Of a stretch of 64,000 nucleotides of DNA, positions 10,021-22,412 are shown one piece after another. Position 1 is the stretch's first letter. The number at the start of each line of letters is the position of its first letter. A program made the translations under genes and the position numbers. The notes under the pieces are model-generated. The model saw nothing but the letters and a program-made list of their open reading frames with translations, was not told the DNA's origin and searched no databases. This DNA comes from a plasmid: sequence record NZ_CP044066.1; one strand, written 5' to 3'.

Positions 10021-11511
10021 TCAATCGACCCTCACGCAGATGTTCGTGATCTCGGAATAGAAGTCCATGGAGTGGCGTCCCCCCTCCCGTCCGAATCCCG
10101 AGAGCTTTGCGCCGCCGAAGGGCGTACGCAGGTCCCGCGCATACCAAGCGTTGACCCACACGATGCCGGTCTCGATCTGCTGTGCAACGCGGTGGCCTCT
10201 TGCAAGGTGCGTGGTCCACACGCTGGCTGCCAGGCCGTACTTGCTGTTGTTCACCCGTGCCACCACTTCGTCCTCGGCGTCGAACGGCGCGATATGGCAA
10301 ACGGGCCCGAATACTTCTTCGGTGACACACCGTGCGGTATCCGGCAGTCCGGTCCAGATCGTGGGCTGGACGAAGGCGCCGTTGTCGCAGTCATCGCCAA
10401 AATGCGGTACGTCACCGCCAGTCACCACGGTTGCGCCCTCTTCGACGGCGAGCCTGAAGTAGCTCAGCACCTTATCGCGATGACCCTTGGAAATCATGGG
10501 GCCGGTAGTGTTGCCAGCCACGTACGGCGACCCGACGCGCAGCGCCTTCGTGCGCGCCTTCAACTCGGAGACGAAGCGCTCGAAGATCGAACGTTCGACA
10601 TAGACGCGCTCCGTGCACATGCAGACCTGCCCCGCATTGGTGAAGCTGGAGCGCAGGATGCCTTCGACCGCAGCGTCGAAATCCGCGTCGGCGAACACGA
10701 TCGCCGCATTCTTGCCGCCGAGTTCGAAGGACACGTTCTTCACGCCATCGGCCACGGCCTTCATGATGGTGCTGCCGGTCCTGGACTCGCCGGTGAAGGT
10801 AATGGCATCGATCTCCGGATGCCGGGTCAGCCATTCCCCCGCGGCGTTGGGGCCGTGCCCATGAATCAGGTTGAACACACCGTTGGGCAGTCCGGCGTCG
10901 CGAATGACGTCCGCCAGCAGCGTTGCGCTGGTCGGCGACTCCTCCGACGGCTTGGCCACCACCGTGTTGCCCATGGCCAGTGCCGGAGCCACTTTCCACG
11001 TCAGCAGGAGCAGCGGCAGGTTCCAGGGCGATATCACGCCGACCACACCCAGCGGTTTGCGCGTGACGTAGTTGAGCAATTGCGTGCCATCCGCGCCGCT
11101 CGACTCGAAACACTCGCTGTGCGCGGTGCTGACAAGATCGGCAAAGGTCCGGAAGTTCGAGATCGCGCGGGCGACATCGAGCGCCCTGGCCTGTGCAATG
11201 GGCCGGCCGGTATCTGCGACTTCCGCCGCCACGAACTCGTCAAAGCGATCCAGTATCCCGTCTGCGATGCGGCGCAAGGCTTCGGCCCGCTGTGCAGGCG
11301 TGGTCTTGCGCCACGGTCCGTTGTGCGCACGTCGTGCCGCGCGCACCGCCGCGTCGACCGTCGCGGCATCCGCCTCGGTCACCTGCGAAAGCTCCCGGCC
11401 ATCGACGGGACTGAGCTTGGGAAAAGAATCCTTCCATGCGACAAATTCGCCGTCGACGAAACATCGCAATTGCCTGGGCAATCGCTGTGCGATCTCTGCG
11501 TAATAATCCAT
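10021..11511 (-). CDS. NAD+ aldehyde dehydrogenase (2-aminomuconate / 2-hydroxymuconate semialdehyde dehydrogenase type)
   Basis: [23 protein letters not shown] and [10 protein letters not shown] (catalytic Cys) ALDH motifs; 496 aa from ATG 11511. Confidence 0.85.
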   Translation of the reverse strand: MDYYAEIAQRLPRQLRCFVDGEFVAWKDSFPKLSPVDGRELSQVTEADAATVDAAVRAARRAHNGPWRKTTPAQRAEALRRIADGILDRFDEFVAAEVADTGRPIAQARALDVARAISNFRTFADLVSTAHSECFESSGADGTQLLNYVTRKPLGVVGVISPWNLPLLLLTWKVAPALAMGNTVVAKPSEESPTSATLLADVIRDAGLPNGVFNLIHGHGPNAAGEWLTRHPEIDAITFTGESRTGSTIMKAVADGVKNVSFELGGKNAAIVFADADFDAAVEGILRSSFTNAGQVCMCTERVYVERSIFERFVSELKARTKALRVGSPYVAGNTTGPMISKGHRDKVLSYFRLAVEEGATVVTGGDVPHFGDDCDNGAFVQPTIWTGLPDTARCVTEEVFGPVCHIAPFDAEDEVVARVNNSKYGLAASVWTTHLARGHRVAQQIETGIVWVNAWYARDLRTPFGGAKLSGFGREGGRHSMDFYSEITNICVRVD

Positions 11512-11636
11512 GAGCACTCCTGCAACGGGTAGTGAGGCAAGTCTAGAAGTGCTGGCCCGGCTTGAATAATCAAACCTTGGGCGGTTGATATAAGGCCGTG
11601 GAATAGCAATAGCCGGGCACGCCCGTGGCGCCACGC

Positions 11637-11682
11637 AAAAAAAAAAGCGCCAGGGCGCTTCTGAAGCAAAGCGCCCTGGCGT
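11637..11682 (-). terminator. rho-independent terminator downstream of porin gene
   Basis: On minus strand: GC-rich hairpin CGCCAGGGCGCTTTGCTTCAGAAGCGCCCTGGCGC followed by T10. Confidence 0.65.
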
Positions 11683-11717
11683 TGCAACGCACCGCAACGG
11701 GTGCGCGTCACCCAATG

Positions 11718-12803
11718 TCAGAAGATGTGCTTGATGCCTGCGGTGACACCCAGCTGGTTGCCGCCTGCCGTGGGCATGGCGGCGGGCGTGGCGCCGGAAC
11801 TGACAGACATCGCAAGCTGGCCGCCGTTATCGATAAATCCAACAGCGGTGTAGACGGTGGTCCGCTTCGAGAACGCGTAGTTGGCGCGCGCCGCATAAAG
11901 CCATGCCTTGTCCGCGCTTTGGTGGTAGCGCAGATAGAGCAGCTCGCCGTCGACGCTGAAGGCTGGCGTGACGGCGTAGGACATCCCACCGTACAGGAGA
12001 TCGCTACGCGGCGTTGCCGCATTGCCATCATTGTCCCGGCGAATCCAGCCGCCGCCGACCTTCGCGCGCCCGATGTTTGTGTAGCCGCTCAACGAGAGGC
12101 GATCATCCTTCAAGCCGCTGCTGGTGAGGCCGCCTGCAGCGCCAGCGCCGCCGCGCAAGGAATCGTAGGCCGCATAGACGCCCCATTGACTGTTGCTGTA
12201 ACCCACCAACGCCGACCACTCGCGACAGGCATTGTGATCGCCGGCGTTTTCACCCGCACAAGACATCCCGGCCGGTGCGGCGTCGCGGCCGAAGCTGTAC
12301 GTTGCACCAAGGGTGAATCCGCCGAACGTACCCTTGTAGGAAATCGCATTGTCCGTGCGCGGATTCGCCATGTAGCTGTCGAGCGACGATGTGCCGAAGG
12401 TATTGGGTCCCAGCATGTCGGCATCGAGGGTTGCCCAGAACAGCATGGTGTACTGACGGCCTAGCGCCACCTGCCCCCAGGGGCCGCTGAGTCCCACCCA
12501 CGCTTGCCGGCCGAACAGCCGGCTGGCCTGATTCGATACGCCAGAGTCGGGCGCAAAGCCGGACTCCAGCACGAACGCGGACTTCAACCCGCCTCCCAAA
12601 TCCTCCGTACCGCGCAGACCCCAGCGCGAAGGGACGGTCCCCGAGAGATTGTTCATTCTCACCAGCCCGTGGTGGTCGTGGCCGACACGATTGACGTACT
12701 CGACGCCGGTATCGACCACGCCATACAGCGTGACGGACTGCGCCATGGCGCAGATTGGCGCCATGGCCAGACCCGCGCAAACCATTTTTCCAAACGTCTT
12801 CAC
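11718..12803 (-). CDS. outer-membrane porin (Gram-negative OmpC-like, Burkholderia-type)
   Basis: N-terminal signal peptide MKTFGKMVCAGLAMAPICAMAQSVTLYG, beta-strand-rich Gly/Tyr pattern, C-terminal ...GIKHIF aromatic terminus. Confidence 0.8.
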   Translation of the reverse strand: MKTFGKMVCAGLAMAPICAMAQSVTLYGVVDTGVEYVNRVGHDHHGLVRMNNLSGTVPSRWGLRGTEDLGGGLKSAFVLESGFAPDSGVSNQASRLFGRQAWVGLSGPWGQVALGRQYTMLFWATLDADMLGPNTFGTSSLDSYMANPRTDNAISYKGTFGGFTLGATYSFGRDAAPAGMSCAGENAGDHNACREWSALVGYSNSQWGVYAAYDSLRGGAGAAGGLTSSGLKDDRLSLSGYTNIGRAKVGGGWIRRDNDGNAATPRSDLLYGGMSYAVTPAFSVDGELLYLRYHQSADKAWLYAARANYAFSKRTTVYTAVGFIDNGGQLAMSVSSGATPAAMPTAGGNQLGVTAGIKHIF

Positions 12804-12935
12804 TGCTTTCTCCCTCTTCGCATATCACTGCTGTTGGCTCTTGTACTGCGGAAAAAAAGCAAAGCGATGCCCTTCCAGCCTGGCTGGAACAGCATGTCAA
12901 AAGGTTGGTTGTGGGCTGCTGCGGAAACCGATGCG

Positions 12936-13898
12936 TCAACCGACCTCGTTGCGACCGGCGACCTCCCTCAGGCACTGGATGAACACTTCACATGCGGGCG
13001 TGAGTGGCTTGTTGGCGCGAACCGAGTAGCCGACCGTCCCGAAGGCGCCCAGTTCCGGAAGGGAAAGCGTTCGCAGCAGGCCGGCTTCGACGAACTGCCG
13101 GGCCGCTACGCGCGGCATGACCGCGATGCGGTGGGTGGTGAGCAGCAGGCCAAGGTTGGTCAGCACGGACATCGACTCCACGAGGTCGCGAGGCAGATCA
13201 ATCCCGGCACTGCGGAACATGCGTTCCACCGCGTAGCGCAACGGTGAATCCGGTGTGGGCAGGATCCACGGAAGGTGACCCAATTCGCGCAACGATGTGA
13301 CCGTTGGCCCCACGGCATCGTTTGCACTGCCCGCGACAACGTCGAGCGAGTCTTCGAAGAGCGGCTGATGGGCAAGTGGAAACGCCTCGGCGAGCGGCAA
13401 CTCCCGCTCTGGCAGGCGTCCGACGACAATATCGACTTCGCCCGTGGCCAGGGCGGGAAAGAGTTGCGCGGTCGGACCTTCGCGCACGGTGACGATGACG
13501 TTCGGCGCGCGCGCCTTCAGCCTGGCAATCGTCGACGGGAGCAGATGCGCGGAAGCGGCGATCATGGTGCCGACAATCACCCTGCCCGCCGTTCCGAAAC
13601 GGAACTGATCGAGTTCCTCCGTCATGTATCGGAACTCCGCGAGCAGCGATTTGACGCGGCGTGCCAGCAGGAGACCCAGGTCCGTTGGCACTACGCCACG
13701 ATTGGAGCGGGCAAACAAGGCCCCGTCCACGCCCGCTTCCAACTCCTGGATGATCTTGGTCACCGCCGGCTGGGTCAAGCCCATGTCGTTGGCCGCGTGC
13801 AGGATCGATCCCGTCTCAATGACACGATCGAAGACCAGCAACTGACTCAGCTTCAGGTTTCGGCTCAGTCGGATTTGCGTTAGCGGATGAACGGGCAT
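12936..13898 (-). CDS. LysR-family transcriptional regulator (pathway regulator candidate)
   Basis: LSQLLVFDRVIETGSILHAANDMGLTQPAVTKIIQELE HTH; 320 aa from ATG 13898; sits inside the catabolic cluster. Confidence 0.8.
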   Translation of the reverse strand: MPVHPLTQIRLSRNLKLSQLLVFDRVIETGSILHAANDMGLTQPAVTKIIQELEAGVDGALFARSNRGVVPTDLGLLLARRVKSLLAEFRYMTEELDQFRFGTAGRVIVGTMIAASAHLLPSTIARLKARAPNVIVTVREGPTAQLFPALATGEVDIVVGRLPERELPLAEAFPLAHQPLFEDSLDVVAGSANDAVGPTVTSLRELGHLPWILPTPDSPLRYAVERMFRSAGIDLPRDLVESMSVLTNLGLLLTTHRIAVMPRVAARQFVEAGLLRTLSLPELGAFGTVGYSVRANKPLTPACEVFIQCLREVAGRNEVG

Positions 13899-13932
13899 GG
13901 CAGCACCATCTCTTGAAGATCCGACAGTCGAT

Positions 13933-15122
<1,190 letters not shown>

Positions 15123-15135
15123 TCAGGCTGATCGA

Positions 15136-15582
15136 TCAGCCTGCTTTCACTTGGGGCGCGTAGGCGATGGCCTTGATCTCGATGACCAGCAACGGGTGCG
15201 GCAACTGGTGCACTGCCACCGTGGTGCGCGTGGGACCGCCTTCGTCGAAGTATTCGGCATAGGTTTCGTTGTAACCCCCGAAATCGTTCATGTTGACCAG
15301 GAATGTGGTGATCTCCACCACATTCGCAAGATCCGCACCTTCGGCCTGGAGGATGTCGCGAATGTTCTCGATCACCGCTCGCGTCTGCTGCCGGATATCG
15401 ACAGTCGTGGTACCGAACGCGTCGCTGGATGCTCCGATGAAGGTGTTGTCCGGACGCCTCGAACTGGTGCCCGACACGAAGAGAAAGTCACCGGCGCGCA
15501 CCACATGGGGAAACCGCCCCCGGGGTGTTGCCTTGCCTTGCACCAGGCGCGCCTGACTGGACTGCGTCATTACCTGCTCCAT
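15136..15582 (-). CDS. RidA/YjgF-family protein (2-aminomuconate deaminase candidate)
   Basis: 148 aa RidA fold ([28 protein letters not shown]...IEIKAIA); adjacent to HAAO. Confidence 0.75.
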   Translation of the reverse strand: MEQVMTQSSQARLVQGKATPRGRFPHVVRAGDFLFVSGTSSRRPDNTFIGASSDAFGTTTVDIRQQTRAVIENIRDILQAEGADLANVVEITTFLVNMNDFGGYNETYAEYFDEGGPTRTTVAVHQLPHPLLVIEIKAIAYAPQVKAG

Positions 15583-15622
15583 TGATGTTGTCGTTGAGGA
15601 AATTGATTGGGAAAGGCGCGCC

Positions 15623-17224
15623 CTACTGGTTCACATCGACGTCTTTGGTTTCCTTGAGCACAAAGATGCCGAGAGCGACCGAGACACCACCCACGATGAT
15701 TGCGTACCAGAGTCCGCCCAGCACATCGCCTGACTTCACGGCGAGCGCAGTCGACATGAACGGAGCCAGTCCGCCGAAATATCCGGCGCCGATGTTGTAG
15801 GGAATGGAGATCGACGTGTAGCGAATGGCGGCCGGAAACAGTTCCACGTAATAGGCAGACATCGGGCCATAAGCCATCGCACCCCAGATCATCAGCAGAA
15901 ACAGGAGGCCATACATGACGGGACGATTGATCGCGTCCGTGTCGGCCGCTGGCGGATAACCGGCGGCAACCAGTGCTTCCTTGAACGTGCTGGCATCAAA
16001 CCCGTAGAGCGGCTTGTCGCCGATGTAGGTCACCAGAGGTTCCCCAGCTAGGCCCGGCTCCACGCGGTACGACAAACCCGCTTGTGTCAGGAAGTCTCGT
16101 GCCTTGTCACAGGCGGTATGGGCGTCGGAGAACATGCTGTCATTGCACTCGGATGAGGCGATGCGGATCGTCACGGATTGCTGGAAGTGAGCGAGTCCCG
16201 GATTCACGGCCTTGCTCAGTTGGGAAAAGATCGGGAGGAACGTCACGACTGCCATGCCGCAACCAATCAGGACGATCCATTTGCGGCCCACCTTGTCCGA
16301 CAGCCAGCCAAAGAACACGTAGAGCGGCAGCGAGAAAATCAGCGCGACAACCAAGTAACCGTAGGCGTCGCTGGCTGGCACCTTGAGCGTGGAGGTCAGG
16401 AAGTACAGGACATAGAAGTTGCATGTGTACCAGACCACGCCAACTGCGGCTTGCGCGCCAAACAACACCGCCAGCATGCGGCGCACGTTCTGCCCAACCA
16501 TCAGGCTGTCGCGTAGCGGGGCACTGGACGTCCGGTTCTCCGCTTTCATGCGCCTGAATACGGGAGACTCCGAAAGCGTCGTGCGGATGTACGTGGATAC
16601 GGCCAGGAGTAGCAGGGACGCGAGGAACGGGACACGCCAACCCCACGATGCAAAGTCTTCCGTCGAGATCCAGATCCGGCAGATCTGCGTCACCGCAAGA
16701 GACAACAGGAAGCCGAAAGTTGCGGTGGTCTGAAGCCAGCCCGTCGCGTAACCGCGGCGACCCGACGGCGTGTGTTCCGCGATATAGGCCGCGGCACCGC
16801 CGTACTCACCACCCAATGCCAACCCCTGGAGCAGACGCAGCACAATCAGGATGGCAGGCGACGCCCAGCCGAGCGTCTCGTAGGAAGGCAAGAGGCCGAT
16901 ACCGGCCGTGGAGACACCCATCAATACGACCGTGGCGAGAAACGTTGCCTTGCGCCCGGCCTTGTCGCCAAACCGGCCGAACAAGACCGCACCGAGCGGG
17001 CGGATGATAAAGCCGATACCGAATGTCGCCAGTGAGGCGAGATAACTCGCCGTGGAATTACCGGCGGGAAAAAAATGCGAGGAAAAGAAAATGGCCAGAC
17101 TTCCGTAGAGAAAGAAGTCATACCATTCGAGAACAGTACCGACACACGCCCCTACGACAACCTTGACTTCTTCACGCCTGGCCGTGCCACGCGGCCGCAC
17201 CTCTGCTGTTAGTTCGCTGCTCAT
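15623..17224 (-). CDS. MFS transporter, metabolite:H+ symporter (MHS) family
   Basis: [16 protein letters not shown] signature of MHS (ProP/KgtP-like) permeases; 12 predicted TM-like hydrophobic segments with large central loop; 533 aa. Confidence 0.8.
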   Translation of the reverse strand: MSSELTAEVRPRGTARREEVKVVVGACVGTVLEWYDFFLYGSLAIFFSSHFFPAGNSTASYLASLATFGIGFIIRPLGAVLFGRFGDKAGRKATFLATVVLMGVSTAGIGLLPSYETLGWASPAILIVLRLLQGLALGGEYGGAAAYIAEHTPSGRRGYATGWLQTTATFGFLLSLAVTQICRIWISTEDFASWGWRVPFLASLLLLAVSTYIRTTLSESPVFRRMKAENRTSSAPLRDSLMVGQNVRRMLAVLFGAQAAVGVVWYTCNFYVLYFLTSTLKVPASDAYGYLVVALIFSLPLYVFFGWLSDKVGRKWIVLIGCGMAVVTFLPIFSQLSKAVNPGLAHFQQSVTIRIASSECNDSMFSDAHTACDKARDFLTQAGLSYRVEPGLAGEPLVTYIGDKPLYGFDASTFKEALVAAGYPPAADTDAINRPVMYGLLFLLMIWGAMAYGPMSAYYVELFPAAIRYTSISIPYNIGAGYFGGLAPFMSTALAVKSGDVLGGLWYAIIVGGVSVALGIFVLKETKDVDVNQ

Positions 17225-17942
17225 TCAGGTCTCCTCCACCCTATTGGCTACAGGCTACGGCGCACACTTGCTACCGTTGCAGAGGAGTCTAAAAGCTGGG
17301 TTTCGCGAACCATAATCAATCATGGAGGCACTACTATTCCACGCTGTTATATCAGCGGGATGGTCGCAATTTTTCGTATTTGCACGCACTTTTCATGTGC
17401 GCCTGCACTATGCGCCGCAGGGAAATCCCTCCCTTTTCTGCACCGAAAACAGTCGCGATTTTTGGCGGCAGATGAATTGCACACACCGGCGGTGCAGACG
17501 ATCGGTGTTCCTTCGGTGATTCGCGGTACTTTCGCCTCCTCCTCGATGTATCGCGAAAGCGACATCGTTACCTAACATGTCACGCCGCTTTTTGTAACGA
17601 GCGCCGTTCCAGGAGTTCTTCCAGCGGAGGAAAGCTGTTGATCTGACGGTATTTGTCTTCTATGCGCACGATGCCAGTCATTTCATGACTTAACACCACT
17701 GACCTAGTTGGGTCGATCGCTGCCACTTGAGTAGGTACCGGTCGGCGGTCATCGACCAGGTTCGCTAGTTCGATATGGCCGACGTCAATGACCGGTTATG
17801 TCCGCGGAATGCGAAGAAGGCGACCGCATTGCCTACCGTGAGCGCCAGCGGTGGGCTGGCTCCTGGGCCTATAATCCGCAACCAGCGGCGGGGCACTGAC
17901 CGGCGCCGAGCCCTTCATCCCATTCCTGCCACCTGCCTAGCC

Positions 17943-18989
17943 ATGCGCCCCTTTCGCCGACGTAGCGCCCACGCCGTTCTCTCGCTTGCCCTGAGCACGG
18001 GTATGGCCATCACGGTACCCGGGCTACTTGCGCCAGCTGCGCATGCGCAGCTGGCGCCCGTGGTGTGGCAGATGGCCACTGAGTATCCGGCCACATCGAT
18101 GCCCGGCGAGGGGCTGAGCACGTTTGCCCAGGAAATTGCTGCACGCACGCAGGGTGCGCTGGCCCCGCAGCCAACGTTTGATGCGGTCGCCGGCTTCAAA
18201 TCGGCGCAGATGCCGGCAGCAATCCGAGATGGCAGGCTGCAGGCCGGCGATGCATTCGGCGGGGCGCTGGGCGAGATCGACCCGATCTTCCTGCTGTCTT
18301 CGCTGCCGTTCGTTGCCACGACGGTGGACCAGGCCCACCGACTTGCCGATCTGGCCCGCGCCGATTACGCCCAGGCCTTCGCAAGGCAGGGCCAGCACCT
18401 GATCTACATCACCCCTTGGCCGCCGACCGGCCTGTGGTCGCGCAACGCGGTGGGCTCGCTCGACGCACTGCGGGCACTTTCAGTGCGCGCCTATGACGAG
18501 ACCTCGGCCGAAGTCATGCGCGCAGCCGGCGCCAAGGCGCAGAGCCTGTCGTTTGCCGATGCCATGCCGCGCCTCAAGGACGGCTCGGTGAATGCCGTGC
18601 TGTCGTCGGGCGATGGCGGCGCCGGGCGAAAGTTGTGGGATTACCTGCCCCACTTCACAGCCATCGGCTACGCCATGCCGTTGTCATTTACGACGATCAA
18701 TCTCGCCGCGTGGCAGGCGCTGACGCCTGCGCAACGCGATGCCGTCGCCGCCGCGGGCCGGGCAACCGAAGACCGCCAGTGGGCACGCCTTGACACACGA
18801 CTGGCCGAAAACACTGCTCGCATGCGCGCCAACGGCGTCACGATCGAAGACCATGCCGCTCCAGCCGTGCAGCAGGCCCTGCGCGACGCGGGCATGAGCG
18901 CCGTGGGCGTTTGGCAAGCGCGCGTCGGCGAACGCGGCGCGGACTTGCTGAGGACCTATCTGGGCAACGAGTCGGGGTCACCGCGCTAA
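17943..18989 (+). CDS. TRAP-transporter DctP-like periplasmic solute-binding protein (orphan)
   Basis: Signal peptide MRPFRRRSAHAVLSLALSTGMAITVPGLLAPAAHAQ then DctP-like fold (WQMATEYPATSM...LPF..); no DctQ/DctM nearby; ATG 17943. Confidence 0.55.
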   Translation: MRPFRRRSAHAVLSLALSTGMAITVPGLLAPAAHAQLAPVVWQMATEYPATSMPGEGLSTFAQEIAARTQGALAPQPTFDAVAGFKSAQMPAAIRDGRLQAGDAFGGALGEIDPIFLLSSLPFVATTVDQAHRLADLARADYAQAFARQGQHLIYITPWPPTGLWSRNAVGSLDALRALSVRAYDETSAEVMRAAGAKAQSLSFADAMPRLKDGSVNAVLSSGDGGAGRKLWDYLPHFTAIGYAMPLSFTTINLAAWQALTPAQRDAVAAAGRATEDRQWARLDTRLAENTARMRANGVTIEDHAAPAVQQALRDAGMSAVGVWQARVGERGADLLRTYLGNESGSPR

Positions 18990-19418
18990 GCCGTGAAGGG
19001 ACTCACCCTCCCGTCCCATCCCGTCCGGATGATCGGCCGCCCCGTCCCCCCTTCACTTCCCACTCCTTAGCCTTCCCGTCCCGATGCAAGTTGCGCACGC
19101 GCGTTGGGCTTGAGCTGAGCGTCGCCGCCCAACTGACGCCGGCTGGCGCAAAAACAGCTTGGACCTCCTTTCCAGCATACGAAGATAAAAAATCCGCAAT
19201 TAACTCGTCATCCCGGTCGCGGCAGACGCGCCGGCCGTACACTTTCGAGGCGGATTTATTGCGTTTCCCGGTCACTCTATTTGCCGTCAGCGGATGGTCG
19301 CGCTATATCCCCACCGGCCCTCGGAAGCAGTGCTCCAGGAAGGCGAAATCGGGATGCGGCCTAAATCGTTGCCATCTTCGAACAAGTCCCAACGTTTCGC
19401 ATTCGGTCCGCCGGACGC

Positions 19419-20627
19419 CTACTCTTTCCCTACACCATGCCTCCAACCAGGCACGCTAATGTAATAACGCACCGCTTTGCCCACGCCCTGGCTCCACAGT
19501 TGACCACCCTTCACCATGTCACTCAGGTCGCGAGTAGCCGTCGCCTTCGAGACCCCGGTCATTTTCATGTACTTCTCAGCGTTCAGTCCACCCAAGAAGC
19601 CGCCGTCACCGTCGTCCAAAAGCCGTTGCAGTACTTTGCGCTGCCGTTCGTGAAGACCGCTCCCTTTCTGCTTCTCCCAAAACTGCTTTTTTTCAATTGC
19701 TTGATCGATAACTCCGCTGGCTGCATGGCAAGCAGCCGTGATTTGACGAGCAAACCACTTCACCCATGCCGTGACGTCGCTTTCGCCGCGCTGCGCTCGG
19801 TTCAATTCGTCGTAGTACGCCGAACGGAGAGTGAGGAGTTGCCGCGAAAGACTGTATAGCCGCACTGGCTGCCGCAGGTGCTGCGCCATTGCCATGTCAA
19901 CGATAGCTCGACCAATGCGCCCATTTCCGTCCTCGAACGGGTGGATGCTCTCAAACCACAGGTGCGCAATGGCGGCCCGAGCAAAGCCGTCGGTGGGCTT
20001 CCTACCAACCGCTGGCAAGAGCGAGGCCCGCGCCGGCGTGGTGTCTGCGAACCAGTTGAGGAAGCGATTCATCTGCTCGGGGACGTCCTTTGAAGGCGGA
20101 GCCTCGTAGTGGACAATCTCGCGACCCGGTTGGCCACTAACGATTTGCATTGGATCGGGGTGGTCCCGATAGCGACCAACTGCGATCCGATGGATGCCTG
20201 ACGTCCCGCCGGGAAAAAGCGCGGATTGCCAGCGGCACAGGCGGTCTTCGTCCAAAGGCGTATCGATCGCGGTCGTTGCGTCACTGATAACTTCCACAAG
20301 CCCATCGACGCTGCGGTTGATTGGGCCAGACGTGGACAACCCAAGCCGCCTCATGACGGAGGAGCGTACCGCGTCTAAGGAAAGGCGCTCTCCCTCGATC
20401 GCTGCAGTCGCCAACACTTCATCGGACAGCGCATTCAGGGCCACTTGGCTTGTCGTGCCTATGCCGATGGCGGCTGCCTTGCCTTCCAAAACACCGTGCA
20501 TACGGTAGGCTTCAGCCAGCTCGAGCGCGACCGCGCTGGCATCATAGGCGAGAGCCGCCTCAGGCCAATCCGGGCGCAGCCAGATCCATGGGGAGGTCGA
20601 GCGTGATGTCGTCATGAGGCGCATCAT
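19419..20627 (-). CDS. Fic/DOC family protein
   Basis: Canonical Fic motif IHPFEDGNGRIGRAIVDMA (HPFx[DE]GNGR); ~400 aa with C-terminal wHTH-like tail. Confidence 0.85.
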   Translation of the reverse strand: MMRLMTTSRSTSPWIWLRPDWPEAALAYDASAVALELAEAYRMHGVLEGKAAAIGIGTTSQVALNALSDEVLATAAIEGERLSLDAVRSSVMRRLGLSTSGPINRSVDGLVEVISDATTAIDTPLDEDRLCRWQSALFPGGTSGIHRIAVGRYRDHPDPMQIVSGQPGREIVHYEAPPSKDVPEQMNRFLNWFADTTPARASLLPAVGRKPTDGFARAAIAHLWFESIHPFEDGNGRIGRAIVDMAMAQHLRQPVRLYSLSRQLLTLRSAYYDELNRAQRGESDVTAWVKWFARQITAACHAASGVIDQAIEKKQFWEKQKGSGLHERQRKVLQRLLDDGDGGFLGGLNAEKYMKMTGVSKATATRDLSDMVKGGQLWSQGVGKAVRYYISVPGWRHGVGKE

Positions 20628-21207
20628 ACTATATACGGCTCAATGTATGAGCCGTTTTTGGAGTTTTGCGGCTCAACCGAACGGCCGCTCCCTGACAATG
20701 CGACGCATGCGCAGATCTAACGCGAAAATCTCGCCCCGCGGCAGCGGGCTGGACAGGGCATCAAGCACGCCGAGCCTTTCTCGCACAAGGTTCCCCTGTA
20801 TCTCCGGCATGGAGCGCCCTCTTTGTCAGTTGCGGAACTCTTGCTGCCACCAGACCGTTCGGTGAGCTTTAGACACCTCGCAAGTCCCTCGTCGCAGGGT
20901 CGCGGCACGGAATGCATCGCCGCCGGGGACAGATGGGCGGAGGAATCGCTTATGCCCAGCGCGCTATCGGCGGCTGGCGCCGCAGGCAAGCAAAAAGCGC
21001 TCGCATCTTCGGGCAAGGTCGACCGCGCCGTCTCGCAGGGCGCGGAATCGCCCGACTGTAGATTTGCACCGAAAACTGACCCACAGGCCCTAATGGGTCA
21101 GGTTCGGATGCAACTCAACAGCCCGACCTCGGCGCGACTGTTGCATGTCAACAATGCTCTTACCGCCGCCGAGAAGGGGGAGCCGATAAGCGCGGCCTTG
21201 GCCTCAG

Positions 21208-21591
21208 TTACTGTATCGGGGGAACGATACCGATCTTCTCAGCCAACATACGTTCGTACACGCCAAAGTGCAGGTCTACCTCAGTCTGGTTAACGACGGT
21301 CATCTCCATATTTATCTGATCTGCCTTTAGCCCGAACATCATGGCGAGCGCCCTCTCGAGCTCGGGGACAACATGCTTGTCCTTCGGAAAAGTGGTGCCG
21401 ATACTTATCGAGTACGCGTTGGAGCGATCCGCCACGACTTCGAGCAAACGCGCTGCGGCACTCATATTGTGTTCAATTCCAATGCGGGCCAGCTCCGCAA
21501 TACTGCGCAACTTCTCGGTGGGAAATCCTCGGACACATCGCAGCCGTATCCGATGAGGGCCTAATGTCATCCAATCGGTATCAAAATCCAT
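21208..21591 (-). CDS. hypothetical protein (127 aa)
   Basis: ORF with GAGGT RBS before ATG 21591; lower GC than surroundings; no recognised motif. Confidence 0.4.
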   Translation of the reverse strand: MDFDTDWMTLGPHRIRLRCVRGFPTEKLRSIAELARIGIEHNMSAAARLLEVVADRSNAYSISIGTTFPKDKHVVPELERALAMMFGLKADQINMEMTVVNQTEVDLHFGVYERMLAEKIGIVPPIQ

Positions 21592-21750
21592 AACAACCTC
21601 AGCAGGTAGATCTGGGGGTCCACTCAAACACCAAAGGGGTGTTGTAAATCTTGGTCAAGGCAGTCGCCGCAAAATACTTCGCCGAGTCTTCGCCGCGCGG
21701 CGCGTTCCTCCGTCAGCAGCCGGCATGCCATGCCTAGGTGTCCAGAGCCA

Positions 21751-22317
21751 TTATTGAATGTCGATCTTGCGAATAGAAGACGACGGGCGGTCTATCTTCG
21801 GAAAGCGCATCGTCAATACGCCGTTCGCAAATCGCGCGTCGACATGGTCAAAATCCAGTCCGTCGGGCAAAGGTACGCTCCGCATGAAAGCACCGTATGC
21901 GCGTTCCAGACGGTAGCATCCGTTTTCCTCAGTCTCGGCATCCTGTCTTTTCTCGCCCCGGAGAACCAGAGCGCCATCCTCAATGGTGGTCTGCACCTCG
22001 TTGCGCTCCATTCCGGGCAGTTCGGCCGTGACCCTCAGCACGTTTCCATCATCCACGACGTCGATGCGCGGCTGGAAACGCGCGGAACTATAGTCGCCAA
22101 ACCAACGATCCAAGCCCGGAAAGCTGGCGAAGGGCTCCTGCAACAATCCTCCCATCGCCCGCCAGGGCTCAATGGAAAACAACCGAGACACGTCCGGGAA
22201 GTCTGTCAGACGATGGCGAGGCGCCGGCGTCTCGGCGGCTTGACTGCCGCGCTCCTCGGTACCGGAGGATTTGCGCAGAAACTTGAAAGGATTCCACTTC
22301 CCAACTTCGGTTTTCAT
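21751..22317 (-). CDS. Hsp20/alpha-crystallin family small heat-shock protein
   Basis: alpha-crystallin domain: PRIDVVDDGNVLRVTAELPGMERNEV...ANGVLTMRFPK. Confidence 0.8.
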   Translation of the reverse strand: MKTEVGKWNPFKFLRKSSGTEERGSQAAETPAPRHRLTDFPDVSRLFSIEPWRAMGGLLQEPFASFPGLDRWFGDYSSARFQPRIDVVDDGNVLRVTAELPGMERNEVQTTIEDGALVLRGEKRQDAETEENGCYRLERAYGAFMRSVPLPDGLDFDHVDARFANGVLTMRFPKIDRPSSSIRKIDIQ

Positions 22318-22412
22318 CTCGCACTCCTATATTCATGACTGAAACACGAGACAGGCTCGGCCTGCTGGGGACAAGATCGAATACGACGACTCGCCCCCTC
22401 GCACACCGAGCG

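Noticed and set aside
10000-11532. 510-aa plus-strand ORF antisense to the aldehyde dehydrogenase gene. Similar long antisense ORFs occur at 26160-26948, 5686-6456, 7219-8337, 9272-10060, 39901-41271 and 50854-52164.
   Set aside because: These are typical high-GC artefacts: Arg/Ala/Gly-rich, no RBS, and fully contained within well-supported genes on the other strand with clear family motifs.
20640-21200. 570-bp gap between Fic and the 127-aa gene scanned for an antitoxin, small RNA or HTH gene (ORFs 20717-21016 minus, 20823-21293 plus)
   Set aside because: Candidate ORFs lack an RBS and have Ala/Ser/Arg-biased composition. Nothing supportable from sequence alone.
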